The notes: generated by a model from the sequence alone, not told the origin. A stretch of 63,690 nt of DNA, filler included, from Rhabdomonas costata (GCA_019059605.1; 41 parts of 41 records of this genome joined end to end with filler, not necessarily neighbours in it); one strand, 5' to 3'; counted from the whole stretch's first letter, positions 47,872-62,236 are shown. Program-made: numbers and translations.

Positions 47872-50800
47872 CTTTGAAAAGAGAGAGAGAGAGAGAGAGG
47901 CGAGAGAGAGGAAACCTGTGCTCTGTGCTGTCAACTTTCTTCGAGCAAAACACTAGCCATCAAAACATACCTTGCAACGGTTCTATTCCAGCGAGAATGC
48001 TTCATTGCTTGCATACTACTATGTGCACTGCAACAGTTTTTTTTTTGCTTTTTCGCGTAACCTGGCCTGAATGCCCATGATCGGCTCGTTCATATGATCG
48101 GCTGATCCCCGAGGCAATCCTTTTTGCAACACGTCTCCACACACCCCNNNNNNNNNNNNNNNNNNNNNNNNNNNNNNNNNNNNNNNNNNNNTTAATTAAT
48201 TAANNNNNNNNNNNNNNNNNNNNNNNNNNNNNNNNNNNNNNNNNNNNTTGTTGTGGGGGTATGGAAAGCGCACAACAAAGCAACCTTTTCACACCACTTA
48301 TTTCAGCAGATATGCAATGAAAATTTTAAGTGGGAATGGGTTCACACAGTTGTCTAACGGTTTCCTACACTACAAGTGCACTCATGCGTGATAACCTACA
48401 GCGCGCTCTTAGCAGCTCATTCTTCATTGTCATCCCCCACTTAATCCAGACCGTACTCTCGTGCCCCACGATGCAAAAAGGAGGCACCCACTGGAATGCC
48501 TGCAAAATAGTTCAGGGTTCTCGCAACGGCTGGGGAGGGGGGGGGTGCGTTACAATGTTGAACATTGGAAGGGACGAAACTGAAACTGGGCTTCTTCGTG
48601 CCCACTTCGGCTGAATTTCCTCTACCTTGGCCCATAGCGCATGACAAATGCCAATGGTGGCATTCGGTGTCGCTTTGCATCGCGCAAACTGGCTATTTGG
48701 AAGAGAAAAAAAAGACGTGCACGAGAATAAGACTCCTCTTTTGGGAAGCGCAAAGTTCCAGCGGGAAGAATTTCGTGCGCCACTTCTTCCAACGAATCAA
48801 AATACCGCAAACGAGACGTTCGGACGCATTGACAGCTGCGGCCAACAAAGCACAGCCCTTTCCTCAAACCCTCACCAACACTCACGAAAGAGAGGCAGAG
48901 ACACACACTCATTCAGTTTGTTTCCAAAAGTAAGCCGATGCAGTGGAAAGGGCACACTCAACACTTCCAACACTCCTCAGGTAAATCCATCCAAAAGACA
49001 AACAGAGAGAAAGGCGGTTTCCTCTGTGGTCCTATACTCACTGCACCAAAGAACAAATGGGATCAATGAAAAAAGTGAAAGCAGAAGCGCCACTGAAACA
49101 TTCAATATTAAAACAGCAACTTGAGAAGCAATCATCAGAAAATTCACAAAAAACTCTCGGGCACAAAAAGAAGAAGAACTGACCTTGACCTCGCTTGCTT
49201 GCAGCGACCTGGTTCTCTTCCGCTGATGTCCCCCCTTTGGCTCAGCACATGCTTTTAAAAAAAATTAAGCGCTGCAGCGAAATTGGAATCGTAAGCCATA
49301 GAAGCTCAGCTTGAAGAAAATCGATCCTATCCGGAGGATTCCGTGTCAATTCCGTCTTTGAGTGCTTTGCAATTTGCCTATTAGGTAGCTGACGGCCTCT
49401 AAGAAAACCCCCGCCCCTGCACAAAAAACTTGTTTTTGTATTAAAGCTGATCTTCGCAATAACATCTCGTCCTTCAATTCCACCAAACCAGAAATACCAA
49501 GCAAAGTGCAGCCCAGTGGACTTCCTCCTTCCTCCACCGCTGGACCATGGTCTGAAATTCACAGCAAAGGCTAAAAAAGGCCAAAAACCAACATGCAAAA
49601 CACAACCCCAGACCTCAGTACGGTACTTGACCGAAAAGAAAACAACACCGGCTCACCGGCCAAGACCACGCACACGGGCGCTTGAGGAACCGCGGCTTTC
49701 ATNNNNNNNNNNNNNNNNNNNNNNNNNNNNNNNNNNNNNNNNNNNNTTAATTAATTAANNNNNNNNNNNNNNNNNNNNNNNNNNNNNNNNNNNNNNNNNN
49801 NNGTTGTGGGGGTGGCCACAGATCAGCCGTCCCTTTGAGCCCCAGTGAGGCGTAGAAGGAAAAGAATGGGTTGTGGTGAGTTTAAGATAAAGCCAAAACT
49901 CACCGTTTTAAAACGTCTTGGAGCACCTTCCCTAAATGCACGTTCGGAGAGGTCTGGGGTGGCCTTTCCTCCCCAAAGGAATACTGACCAGCAACATGGT
50001 ATCGATACCCGCACGGTTCCTGACTGTGAAGGTTCTTTGTAGTGGTGGCGCATCCCTTCACAAATCCAGGCATCCGTATCACCAGAAAAAAACAGATAAA
50101 AACAAAAAAACCGAAGAGAATGTCAACCTCGAGAAACGTCAGTATTGACTTTGGCGATGCCCCGAGGAGTAAGCTGTGAAATGAGATGAAGCTCGTGATT
50201 TGTCAAGCTCCGGTCAAGCTCTGATTCGAAAAAATCTACAACAGCTTTCGTCATTACTGCAAAAAAAAGAAAATGTCGGGAAGCCGGAAACAATCAGAAC
50301 ACAAAAGTTGCGCAGGTCAAATATCTGCAGCATAAATGACAAACCGTTGCAAAAGAAAAAAGAGGTACCTCCCTCAGCGGAAACGAGGAAAATATACGGA
50401 TGGAAGAACATCTGGTTTCTGGGCGCCAGTCCTTAATACAGTCGTTTGCAGAGGACACCCACCATCACCATAGCAAAAAATTCATAGGACTCATTTTTTC
50501 ATGGGCATTCTGAGATCTGAGATGATTCTAATGAATGAACTGCACCTGCACCATAAACAGCAGCCCATGAAAACAAAGTAAACCACTGCGCATGCAAATC
50601 TCTAAACAATGCGCAGTCGTTTTTTGCTTCAAAAATGCTGAAAATCGGCCAGGGTTTTTGAGGGCAGTGCGCAGGTAGTGCGCAAATACGGCCGCACGCC
50701 TACAGGACCCACCGGCCGACACTCAATGCCATAAAGCCCATAAAGCACACTATGCCGCATTCCTAAGGTCAGCGTGCAGCAACTGATCGTCACGTCAGAA

Positions 50801-51794
50801 TACGGATACCACCAACCAGTGCACCAGGTCATCATACAAGCGCTAGAAGGTACAGCACTTCCTGAGAAGGTGTTCTTTCAGGGGGATTCAGTCGAGTGGC
50901 CTCTCCGGAGCCCAGCATTTCTTCCTTGGCCAAGGTGTTCCTCCCTGTGCATGCTGAAGCACCGCTTCAGGTCCACAGTACGTCAGGAGCCTTCGTGAAG
51001 CTGACTGGAACTTTCTTTCTGAAAATTACCCTTGTCCGTCCGGGTTCTCAGTATTCTTCGGCACTCGCCGTGCTCAACAATACGCCATGTGTGTGTGCAA
51101 TGGCAGGGCGGGAAAAATAACAGTCCTTGCAGATAACCTCCGCTTTCCGAAAGCCGCGATGTCGTGAATGATTTTGCTCAAAATCACATTGATTGCCTGG
51201 TAAAAAGCGATTCGCAAGGCTGTTATTTTTCCCCCCCAACCCCAAACCACCCAACACNNNNNNNNNNNNNNNNNNNNNNNNNNNNNNNNNNNNNNNNNNN
51301 NTTAATTAATTAANNNNNNNNNNNNNNNNNNNNNNNNNNNNNNNNNNNNNNNNNNNNGTGGTGGGTGTTTTTGGGCAGCTCCACCTCCCTTTCCACCGGT
51401 TCAGTTCAGTAACCCTCTTCTTCATCTTGTTGTTTTTGTCCAAGTGTCTACTTTCAGCTCCGCTTCAGCCCACTGTTATTATCGCTTGCAGGTGATTTTT
51501 CTGCTTATTTTCAGGGTGAGTCTGATTCGCTTTTTACGCCTTTCGTGCCTGCGTTGCTTTGTGCCTTGCGCGTGCTCCCTGGCTCAACAATACGTGAACA
51601 CTGTTGTGGAAGACTTTCACTTCATGAATCTGGGAAAGACTAAAAACCAGCACCTTTCTTTTTGGCAAGGACGATCAGTGTCGCTGCAGGACGATTGCCA
51701 TAAACAAAGCTGGGTCAGTTATCTGCTTCTCAGCGTCACTTCGAAATTGCATTCTCTTTGTGTGTGTTTGTGTGTGTGTGTGTGTGCCTGCGCT

Positions 51795-51829
51795 CGTCTC
51801 GTCTCGTCTCGTTTCGTCTCGTCTCGTCT
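51795..51829. repeat. (CGTCT)n pentanucleotide microsatellite
   Basis: Directly visible, next to a GT tract. Confidence 0.92.
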
Positions 51830-54003
51830 CTCTCTGTGCGTGCCTCTGCGTGGCTCGCTTTCTGTTATTGCTTGTCCACGCAGGATGCAATATTCTGCGA
51901 CATCGGGACTCTGTCCTGTCGTGTCCCTCTTTCCACGTTGTGGGTTGTGGTTGTGATGGGAGAGAGGGGTTTATGGGCTCAAGCTTTTCTTTCTGAGCCA
52001 GTAAATGATTTTCACGCCTGATTTGAGTCTTTGTGCGTTTTGCCATCAGTGGGGGCACAAGACGAGCCTGTTGTCCTTCCTTCGCAGTGACCCACCGAAA
52101 CCATCAGACAGCTCACCGCACTGCACACCGCTAAACAAAAAAGCCACACACACACACACACACACACAAGCGCGCGCGACCTGCTCCAGCTGGCTCATCA
52201 TCATCATCATCATCCAGTGTACCTCCACTCACACCCATTTCAAAGAAGCTGGCCACACCGTTACCACAGACGATGCCACCAGAAATCCGCGCCGCACTGT
52301 GTAGGTTAACGCGACCACAACGCGGTACCTCCGATGGAAGAACTGCTTCCTTCTATCTATCTCCTCGCCAAAAATGACGCCATCACGCATTAATTCTCTT
52401 CTCTACCTTCAAATACTGCCTCATCAGCGATTACTCAACCACCTTTACCTGCACGGCCAACGGACAACGTATACATCAAACATCGCACCCAATACTATCA
52501 TGTTAACCAAACCGAATGCAACCAGTACCCAACTACTCCACCTACCACAGCAATGCTGACCGACACATAACCAGAGAACTCCATTGAAAACGACGCCAGT
52601 TCTGGTGAATTTTGGACAGATGTTCAACCTCGTTTCGGAGGAAAATACCACCGACAATCACTATAGCCGACCAGCCTCATGCAACCCATCAAGACATTAA
52701 CGCACCTCATCATGTGGGTGGACAAGGAAAGTCACTTTGCTTTCTGGGATACTAGACAGGCAGTGCCATGATGGAAACACTCTTTTGCTGATGGAAAAAC
52801 AGTGGCATACCANNNNNNNNNNNNNNNNNNNNNNNNNNNNNNNNNNNNNNNNNNNNTTAATTAATTAANNNNNNNNNNNNNNNNNNNNNNNNNNNNNNNN
52901 NNNNNNNNNNNNTTTTTTTGGTAAAAGGTGTGTAACAACCTCTTTTGTTTTATTCTTATTCGCTTTTGCTTATCTCAGCCATTCTTTTCTTTTCTTTTTC
53001 GATTTTTGCTTATTTGTTCACAATCTCTGCAACGCGCCAGCAACAAACATTCTTTCTTGTTTTTCGGAGCCGTGTCCCCTTGAAGAAATCCTGGTCATGG
53101 CACGGCCAGTTGGGCTGGTGTTGGTCTTAACACTGAGTTTCGCTGCGGAAACCCGTGGTAAGAGTCCGCACGCTCTTCCGCTCTCAATTGTGCTCACTGA
53201 TTGACCTGATGCACGTGTGAGTGAGAAATTGTGACCAATGAAGCCAAGTACCCCATGTAATTGTGCAAGGGTCACCAACTTGACCTTCGTTTTCATGTGA
53301 AACAACATTATCCAAGACCGATACATGCCTTCCTTTTTCCGCAGTTAGACTTTTGGAAAACTTGGGATGCTCTGCTGTTCGAAGCTATACAACGCCATCG
53401 AGGATAAGACGATTGTGGGAACGTGAAGCAATGCCATGGTTTGCTGTCCAAGAGAAAAAGGAACCGTAAAGGCTGGATTCAATATTACAATTGGAATGGG
53501 AGAGCCTGGGTGGTTATAAAGGATGCGGAAAGGATGCGGAAAAGTTGGGAACGCCCCAGAACACTATTCAAATGAAAATGGTTTCCTTGTGTCATGTCTC
53601 TAACCCAGAAAGCAAACTGCCAAAGTTTTTGGTGTCCAGTTTTTAGAGGCAATAAGCTGCATTTACGTTTCACAGACGTGTGGAATTCTGGTTTCGTATG
53701 CGAAGCCTCTATTCTACAAACGATCTGGCAAGTTGCTGTTGCAAGTTGCACTTTTTGTTCATAAAAGCTCTTTCTGGATTCCGAAAATGAAGAACAGGAA
53801 AGTGTCTTGTCCACACTCGCGCACACACACATTTAGCACGACGCACACGCGTGAAATGCGTGAAATGAGAAATGTCTGTCTCCTTTGTCCTTTGTGACTT
53901 TCGGCCGACGCCAGCGGTTCCGCATCGAGGTAGTTTTGCTGGTTGCGTGCATCCTTCCTTCTCATAGCGAATGCACATTCTTACCAACCACCCCCACACA
54001 CAG

Positions 54004-54186
54004 CGTTAGTATGCTCCCTGCCCTGGCCGCTGCCTGTGGGGTGTTCCTACTCGGGCAGCGGGTGTTACCCGGGGTACCTGAATGCCTCCAGCTGCACGGG
54101 GCTGAGCTGCGCCTCTGGCTACTCCGGCACCGTAAGCGTGAGCTGCGACTCTCCGTACTGGAGCAACCCGAGAGGGTGAAAGTCCA
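54004..54186 (+). CDS. Cys-rich extracellular module (sushi/CCP-like), single exon
   Basis: LVCSLPWPLPVGCSYSGSGCYPGYLNASSCTGLSCASGYSGTVSVSCDSPYWSNPRG; the donor is either after 54175 or after 54186. Confidence 0.65.
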
Positions 54187-56104
54187 GTACGTGCGTGCGT
54201 GAGTGCATGTGTGTGTGCTTGGGTGTTTGTTGATTTTTAGTGGGAGTCGCACAATTTGGGCTCTAGAAACACGGTTTCCTGCACTTGCCTTTATTTAGGG
54301 CACTGTGTTGTGGCCCGATTCGTGGTCCAATGCTTTTTTGATGCTGCCAAGGGTCCGGTGAAGCATNNNNNNNNNNNNNNNNNNNNNNNNNNNNNNNNNN
54401 NNNNNNNNNNTTAATTAATTAANNNNNNNNNNNNNNNNNNNNNNNNNNNNNNNNNNNNNNNNNNNNGGTGGGTTATCTAGAGCCAGGCGAAACACGCGCT
54501 ATTTTAAGACGGCGAAATGGTTTGGATTCATCCTTGTCGCTTTTCTGCCGTTTTTTTTTTTGCAGAGTCTAACAATTCCCGGGCGATGTGGATCACTGTT
54601 GCCAACGTGGCCATTTTCGTTCTCTTTGCCTCGTGGCAAGTCCTTCACCTCAAAAAGTTCTTCATCTCAAAGAAGCTCATCAACTGAGGGCAGAAAGTGG
54701 GCATCCCCACTTTGTGGCCTCCACCTCGTTTCTCCCTTTCCGCCTCTTTGTTGTACTGTGTTTCGACCTGCGCCATTGACACTTGGGACCTGCTTTTTGA
54801 TGGGCTGTAGAGGGTGTCTGCCTGGTTCTGACGGAAATAGTTTCATGAGAGGGCGCGGCATTTTAAACTTTCAAAGATTTCTCGAAAGACTATGTAGTTT
54901 GCTTTCCCCAAACTCTTTATGCTTCCAGCAAAAGATCTGGTTTGCATTTCCTTTAATGTCGACTTAAACACTTTGTCATGCTCGGTCGATTCTCGTCATG
55001 GGACCTTACTTGGGAACTTCAGGGATATTTTCTTGCCGTTGTGAAAAACTGGGTTGTGAAAAACTCCCGTTTGTTTCCTTCTCTGCCTGTGCTGCGTGGG
55101 GAGGGGGGCTTGTAAGGTGCAACTTTTCGCTTTTGACTTTGGGTTCATTTTGCGACCGCCACGTTTTCCATGTATGTCGTGAGCTGAGTTTTGAGTTGTG
55201 CTGAGAGCAAGATGAAGGTGTCGCGCTGGCAGCGGCTTCGGAACGCGCTGCTTGGTCCCGAAGTGCCCTACCACCAGATCCGTGTGCTGGGCGAGGATGG
55301 GGGTCGGGACTGGGGCATGGCCTGCCAGAAGATCGACCAGGTGTAAGATCGACCAGGCCTTTATTTCCTGTGACTGTGAACGTCAGGAAAGCTTGGCTTC
55401 CGCTGATCGCTGGGAAATGTCCCCGAAGGTTTGGTCGAGTCCAAAAACTTGTCATGATGACCCCAAAAAGTCCGCGGGAAATGAGCCGAATTAGAAACGT
55501 CCGACACGATATTACATGGAGCCATAGCCCGGTTTTTCTTTAAGTCTTTTTTTTTCCAGTGCGTGTCACGGCACTTCTCACGGCGGCTGGGGTTCACCAA
55601 AGATTTTCAAGATGGAACAAGACCTCATGCGCAAAAGACAAAGTTAGATGGAAAGGAAAATGGAAATGGGGAGTGGGATGACGCCAAGAAGCCCCCCCAG
55701 GGGGGGGGGCTGAGAAAAATATATTTGTATTGGTGGAAAACGTCAATCGGGCGTGCGAGCACACTAGGGGAAGACCGAAAGAAATGCAGATTCCACACAG
55801 ATAGACGAATCTAAGGCTTTTGGGTTCGCTTGCTGCCCTTTTGGCGGTTGCAGGCGCTGACCCTTCGGGACAAGTACCAGGGTCTCCTTCGCCGCAAGCG
55901 GGGCGGCGTGGAGGAGAGCGNNNNNNNNNNNNNNNNNNNNNNNNNNNNNNNNNNNNNNNNNNNNTTAATTAATTAANNNNNNNNNNNNNNNNNNNNNNNN
56001 NNNNNNNNNNNNNNNNNNNNGGGGGTGTGTGCTGTTGATGCTGTGCGGTGGGCACGAACAGTCCTCCCTGGTAGAAGAACCCCAGCGATGACGAGTCATC
56101 CCAC

Positions 56105-56433
56105 CTGAGGAGAAGACCCCGGCGGCTGCATCCGAGGCGGTGCCTGCTGTTGATGCTGTGCGGTGGGCACGAACAGTCCTCCCTGGTAGAAGAACCCCAG
56201 CGATGACGACTCCGCGGCCGACGCGGGCTGGTGGCGCGTAGGCTGCGGCTGCTGCGGCTGCTGCATTGCGGAGGACGAGGCAGGCGTCATGAAGAGGGGC
56301 GCCCCAGAGCCCCCGAAGTAGTCCGGGGAGGAGGAGGACTGGTAGGCGCCCGGCCGGGGGTGGGCAGGTGCAGACACTGAGCTCAGATCCGCCGCAAAAA
56401 GCGGTGAGAGCCCCGTGGTGTCCAACGAGGAGT
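56105..56433 (-). CDS. Exon encoding a Gln/Pro/Ser-rich region
   Basis: ttttcctcaaAG ... CAG|GTGGG brackets an open frame (AYQSSSSPDYFGG...MQQPQQPQP...GSSPQ). Confidence 0.55.
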
Positions 56434-57659
56434 CTTTGAGGAAAAAAGGCGAGGAAGTCGAGCCCAAAACACGAGTAAAACACGAGGATAAGGGAAAAAG
56501 GGATACGACACATGGTGGTTCTTTGCTTCGTTGGAGAAAACCCTTCTGTCTTTGACAAGTCACTGCGGGCGCGATATAAGTGTGCTAGGAAGAAGAACTT
56601 ATCCATGGAGAACCCCCCCTCACAACACACACACACACACAATAAGACACGAGGACGAGGTTGAAACTTCCACAAAAGGTTCGCCACTTCCCCCACAAAA
56701 AAAAAGTCCATATGCAGACATGTTGCTGGAAAGCGCATTCGCCAACAGTGGCCGGTTGAACAAAACATCAGCGCCTGAAGGGGGGCGGGGGCAGGGGAGA
56801 GGGCGAACCGCCAGGTCGGGAAAAGGCGGAGCTTTTCATCGGAGAGGAAGACGCGGTGAAATCCCAAACCGGAGGTCGACGAAGAGGCCGGAGAGTGCAG
56901 CGGCCAACGGTTGCTTGCTTTTTCCCGACGGGAATATATAAAAAGCAAAACTACAGAGAAGCTGCAATCGAGGGGCAGCATTTACTTTTTATGCATATGG
57001 GTGAGTGTGAGTGGGGCACCGGCGATCCTCCTATCCCTCTGATGCTGTCAATGCTCGGTCTTTGTGCGTTCGTGCGTGCGTGCGTGCTTGCGTGCGTGGA
57101 TGTGTGCGACCGTGCGTGTGGTGTGTATGTGTGTGTTGGGCGAATTGCGCGATGGCAGTTGCCTGGTTGACTGGTTGTTGGTGACCACTGTGGACTGACT
57201 GGCGAACGCGCTGTTGGCGACGGGGTGCCGTTGGAGCGAACGGTGCCGTGGGGAACCGGAACCGGCTCACCGCGGAACGTTCCCCATGTGGTAACCTCCC
57301 AGCCTTTGTCACGCAGCTGCTCTTTTCCAGCGGCAACCTGCATTGCGGCTCAGGTCTCTGCGATTCCACACCCCTTCCTTGGGGGGCTGAGCGACCTCCC
57401 CTCAGTGAAGGTTTTGCCCCTTCTGCGAGAACCAGCTCCCCCGACCAGCCAACACCAACGCCCACACACCCAACANNNNNNNNNNNNNNNNNNNNNNNNN
57501 NNNNNNNNNNNNNNNNNNNTTAATTAATTAANNNNNNNNNNNNNNNNNNNNNNNNNNNNNNNNNNNNNNNNNNNNACCAAGGTGTTACAAGGGTTGCAGC
57601 AACGTCAGGGTCCGATAACCCTCTGTTCGTTGTGCTTAGGAGGAATGTGGGCGACGCAC

Positions 57660-58579
57660 CGAAATGATAGCACGTATGTCGAGCCCCTGACGCCGTAGGT
57701 CATGGTCAGCGCGGCGAAGACCACGCTATTGGTCTGGAAGAACCCCACGGAGTTCTCCAGGGAACCCTGCGCGCCGGTCTCCACCTCCACCGCGACGGCG
57801 ACGACCTGGAAGCTCGTGGCGGTGACCCGGTTGCCCGCCCGGTCCAGCACGGCGAGCTCGGGCTGGATCGGGAAGGGCTTGCTCAGCGTGACATAGCTCA
57901 CCGAGGACAGCACCTGCAGGCTTGCGGGATCACCTGAGAAAGGGTTTGGTGGTGAACTCAGTGAGTTTTCTCGAAATGAAGCGACGAGAAGAGCTCTGGT
58001 TGAAACACAAAAGCACGAAAAGCAAGTGAAAAGTAGGACGACACACAGTGTTCGGTTCTCGCCGGTGTCTGCTGCCTTTGTGCGTCTGTGTACGTGTAAT
58101 GGAAGGACTAACTGAAGAGAGAAACCAAAGGAGCACATTTCAGGACCGGTTCATACACGTTCACTACCAACGCAGAGGCTCATAACATCTGGCGTTCCAA
58201 ACAATTTCACAACAGATGCCTCAAAGCGCCAGCAGATGGTATTTCGCATCCACATCGCGAACTCACCCCGCAGCGTTTGGGAAAGAATCGGCGTTCGTTT
58301 GAGAGGAGGCGTGCACCTGTCAGCCTCATCTCCCCCCCCCCCACACACACGAGCGATAAACTTAAGGTGCAAAGCTGAGGGATGCTCCCATACCAACAGC
58401 GAGTGTGTGTGTGTATGGGTGGTTGTGTGAGGCAAATTAAGAAGGAAACCTCCGACAATGGTTATGAGGTACGACACGGTGAAGGTCACCGTGCGGGACA
58501 CCGTGGTGGAAAATTGAACAACAGTCTGTCCCACGGGAGGAGCAAGCAGCGTAATCCCACTGAAGATGGCCACTCCGTT
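57660..58579 (-). CDS. Surface protein with tandem bacterial-type Ig-like (invasin/Big-like) domains, two exons
   Basis: Exons 58579-58450 and 57933-57660 join in phase 1: NGVAIFSGITL...ITIVGG|DPASLQV...PFPIQPELAVLDRAGNRV...VVFAALTM...YVLSF. Confidence 0.75.
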
Positions 58580-61500
58580 CTGCAAAGAAAGAAGAAACAG
58601 AGGCCCCGCGCGGGTTTGAGTGGGAACTCGAGAGTAACCATCATTCTAAGAAGCTGACCAGAAAAGAGAAATGAAAAGGCTGATACAGCGACTATAGGGG
58701 GCTGATTCTGAACAAAGAAAGCAAGGAAGGCATTCGTGCAACCAACCTGAGCCCTAAGCCATCTCATGGATGATATCAAAGATGAGTCGCTGCTCGACGG
58801 GTTCGGCGAGTCCAGATGGACCGTGGTGCGTGTTGCATTTGGGATGGGGGGCACAGAAGGGTTCATTTATCTCACCTTGTGACGGGACGCTTTGTAGGTA
58901 TTGTAAAATGATTTCCACGGTTATCGACGAGATACGCAAGGATCTGCACCAAAAAGAAACGTACCCGGTACTCGAGAGACCTCGTTTTGAATTGCAAATA
59001 ATCACCCAAAACGTCATCCAACACAACCCNNNNNNNNNNNNNNNNNNNNNNNNNNNNNNNNNNNNNNNNNNNNTTAATTAATTAANNNNNNNNNNNNNNN
59101 NNNNNNNNNNNNNNNNNNNNNNNNNNNNNAGCACCTTGGCAAAGGACCATTTCGAGAAGACTGCCCGTTTCACCTCAAAAGTGGGAGGTGGGACGTCGAG
59201 AACCCACCAGTTTTCCGCAAAAGAATGGCAATGTCTGGGAAGGTTCCCAACGCTTGGTAATAAATTTGTAAATTCGCCGGATGGTGACTGAAGGACAATG
59301 CGCACACAGCGTGTAGCTTTCTTCCTAGTTTTGCTTCTTGTTTTTGCTGTTTTTGAAAAGAATTATGCTGTCAATCCAGGGAGGGGATATCGCTGCTCCC
59401 GACCCCACGCTCAAATAAAGTACCGAAATGCGGGCCCTTCCCATCGCCAAGGAAGTCATTCAAAGAAGCATCCTTGCAAACTGATGGTTTGGTGAGAACT
59501 AGACATCGTCCCCCCTCCAGAGAACTGGACACATTGCCCCCCTTCCCCATTAACCCTTAAACATCAATGTCGAAAAAGGCCTTTAGCTTATGAGACTTCC
59601 GCATTGATTTTGCAGGGGAAACGGGGACGTGTTCAAAGGAATTTCAAAAATCGTTGATTTAGCTTCTTAATCTTCCCCATTTTCCGCTCAGGACTTGCGG
59701 CCGCCAACTCGCGGCGGTCCTGATCGGAAGGGTCGGATGATGCATCACCAACTGGCGAAACCAACGGATCCTCAACAAGCGGGTCGTTACTCCGTGCAAC
59801 TGATATATTCCCGCTGGGGGCGATGTAGAGAAGGTCTCTGACATCAGAACCACGTGCAACTGGCAGAGATGCTGCAGCTGCAGTTAAAATATCTGAGTGC
59901 GCCGCAACGGGCGGGCAAGCTCGGGCTCTACTTCATGCAAAGGATTGTGCTCGAGTGATGGGGGATTTTGCTCTGAGCTGCTACGGGCACCTGTGCCTGA
60001 CTAGTACTCAGCCTGAGGGAAACAGTGCGTCTCCTCCAACCAATGACGGGATTTGACTTTGGAGGAGGGGTAAAACGTAGCACGATGGGAAGGGGCGTGA
60101 AATTGACCCGCAGGAACAGCCTTGCGGGTAATTCACCCAGTTTCCCATGAAGGCGGACGTTTTGCAACACCCTCAGAATGTGATCATGAGCCACTTTCAC
60201 ATGGATCCAGGACTTGAAAGGAAACATCTTATAGCCTGCCGCACGCACTAAGTCTGCACTTGTCCTGCCCAGGCAGTACCAGCCTGACCCTGTTTTGGCC
60301 TGTAACTCCTTTCCAGGCCCTCACAAAAAGATAAAACAGAATGGCGTCGTCGACGTCCCCCTCAACAGATTTACCCCAGTAATGATTTGCAGGTGGTAAA
60401 ACCAGAAATTCTCACGTACCATTTTCAACTGCTCCAAACGCCACACAACACTGTAATCCCATATCTGTGATCACAAGCGTTGCTTTAGCAGTCAACGAAC
60501 GCTGCCCAATCAGCGAACTGCCTCTGGCAAAAGAACCAAGCGCTGCAGTGGCGTGCAAAATTGCCACTTAGTACAACACCACNNNNNNNNNNNNNNNNNN
60601 NNNNNNNNNNNNNNNNNNNNNNNNNNTTAATTAATTAANNNNNNNNNNNNNNNNNNNNNNNNNNNNNNNNNNNNNNNNNNNNAAAAGATCGACCAAGCGC
60701 TATACACATAAGCATCAAAAGATTGAAGCGGGGTGGGTAGATGTTGCGATGCGATACAGTGACGACCCAAAATCGGGCATGTGAGCAGAAGTTCAATGTG
60801 CCAGCTCACAGTCTTTTGTCTTATCTGCATGTCTGAGTGCTTGAGTATCTGAGTGTTTGAGTGTATCTGAGTGTTTGAGTTCGACCAGTACTGGTTGAAA
60901 GTACAGGCTCAGGGTCTAAAAATGCTCTGAAAACTTTGTTATGAAAAGGCCCTTAAGAATATCATTTTTGGTTATATCTCAGCATAGAGGAGTTCGAGGC
61001 GGAGAAGCGGCCAACCGATCCATCTATTTCAGTAGTAGAACAGCGCGTACCTGCAGTGTTGCTTTAAACCGAGTATCACTGTTAGACGTAACCCACGTCA
61101 CTACTCCCTATTCTCTGTCCTTTGCACCCTGTCCTTTTCACCGCGCATATATCTTGGTTACCACTGCTGCGGACTGTCGGAAGTGTCGGAAGTGTCGCAT
61201 CTTATAACGTTGTTTTGGGAATAGAGAACACTGGGGATTCGTCGTAAACTCTCCCTCCCACTTCTTTCTTTTTGCTGCAGAGCTGCCCACTATAGGGCTT
61301 ATCGCCGCTGCAGGGGCTAAGCGCCTAGGCTCTATTCCGCTCTCACCTGGTGATACCTGTTGGCCCGTCAGCACCCTCCCTCCATCGACCTTTCCCGCTG
61401 ATTTGAGGTCCACGCTGGAAACCGTGAGGCCGGGGGAGGGTCGGAGTTTGTTTGTGCTTTTGTTGTGTCTTTTTGTGCCCGCTTCGTGCCTTTGTGTCTT

Positions 61501-62236
61501 GTGTATTGTGTGGATTTCGGGATGCTGGTGTGTTTGTGGGTGTGGAGGCTGGGGCGGTTGGGGTGGTCTGTGGCGTTGTCAGTGTCGGAGCGCCGTGTAC
61601 AACAGCTGGGCAGGAGGCATTGGGGCAGGTTGTGGGTGAGGGGGAGTTGGATGCACGACACAGCCCTTCCCTCAGCGCTCTTCTTCGTTCGGCCCTGGGG
61701 GTTGTGGGTGTTTTTTCTTTTTCACCCCACCCCCCTTCCTTCTTGATATACGAGAGCGCATACTTTGGGTGACCGGGCATCGCCCGTCGACTCTATGTTG
61801 GTACGTTGTTGTTGCTGCGCTCAGCGTGCCTCTGCTTTGGCCGGCTGCGTTCAGAAGTACGAGCACTGCAGCAGTACGCTTTGTGCCCGACATGGTGGAG
61901 TTATCAAACCTCCTAAACGTCACCTCGGACCACATGGCTTCAAACTAAAACAGCTGGACTGGCGCGGTGTGGACGGGAAATGCGAAAGATGAATAACAGC
62001 TGATGACAGCTGAATCCTTTCCAGTAGATCGGCTGCGACTCGCCGGATATTACGGCACTGGAATCAGCGGACAGTGTTCAAGCAAATCAATGTTGATAGA
62101 TTTTTGGAAAGGAAAAAACAGCAAAAAAAAAAAAACNNNNNNNNNNNNNNNNNNNNNNNNNNNNNNNNNNNNNNNNNNNNTTAATTAATTAANNNNNNNN
62201 NNNNNNNNNNNNNNNNNNNNNNNNNNNNNNNNNNNN

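Noticed and set aside
52300..52760. A/C-rich stretch with KSLCFLGY as a LINE reverse-transcriptase relic
   Set aside because: Only one short motif, no YxDD, and stops in every frame.
55965..56981. 338-aa minus-strand ORF
   Set aside because: It is mostly intron-like sequence, and the plausible exon is in a different frame.
60831..60880. TCTGAGTGT tandem words as spliced-leader relics
   Set aside because: Only a 9-nt resemblance to the euglenid SL, inside a simple degenerate repeat.
61300..61352. tRNA-like sequence (GGCTCTATTCC resembling a B box)
   Set aside because: No acceptor stem, D arm or anticodon arm could be built.
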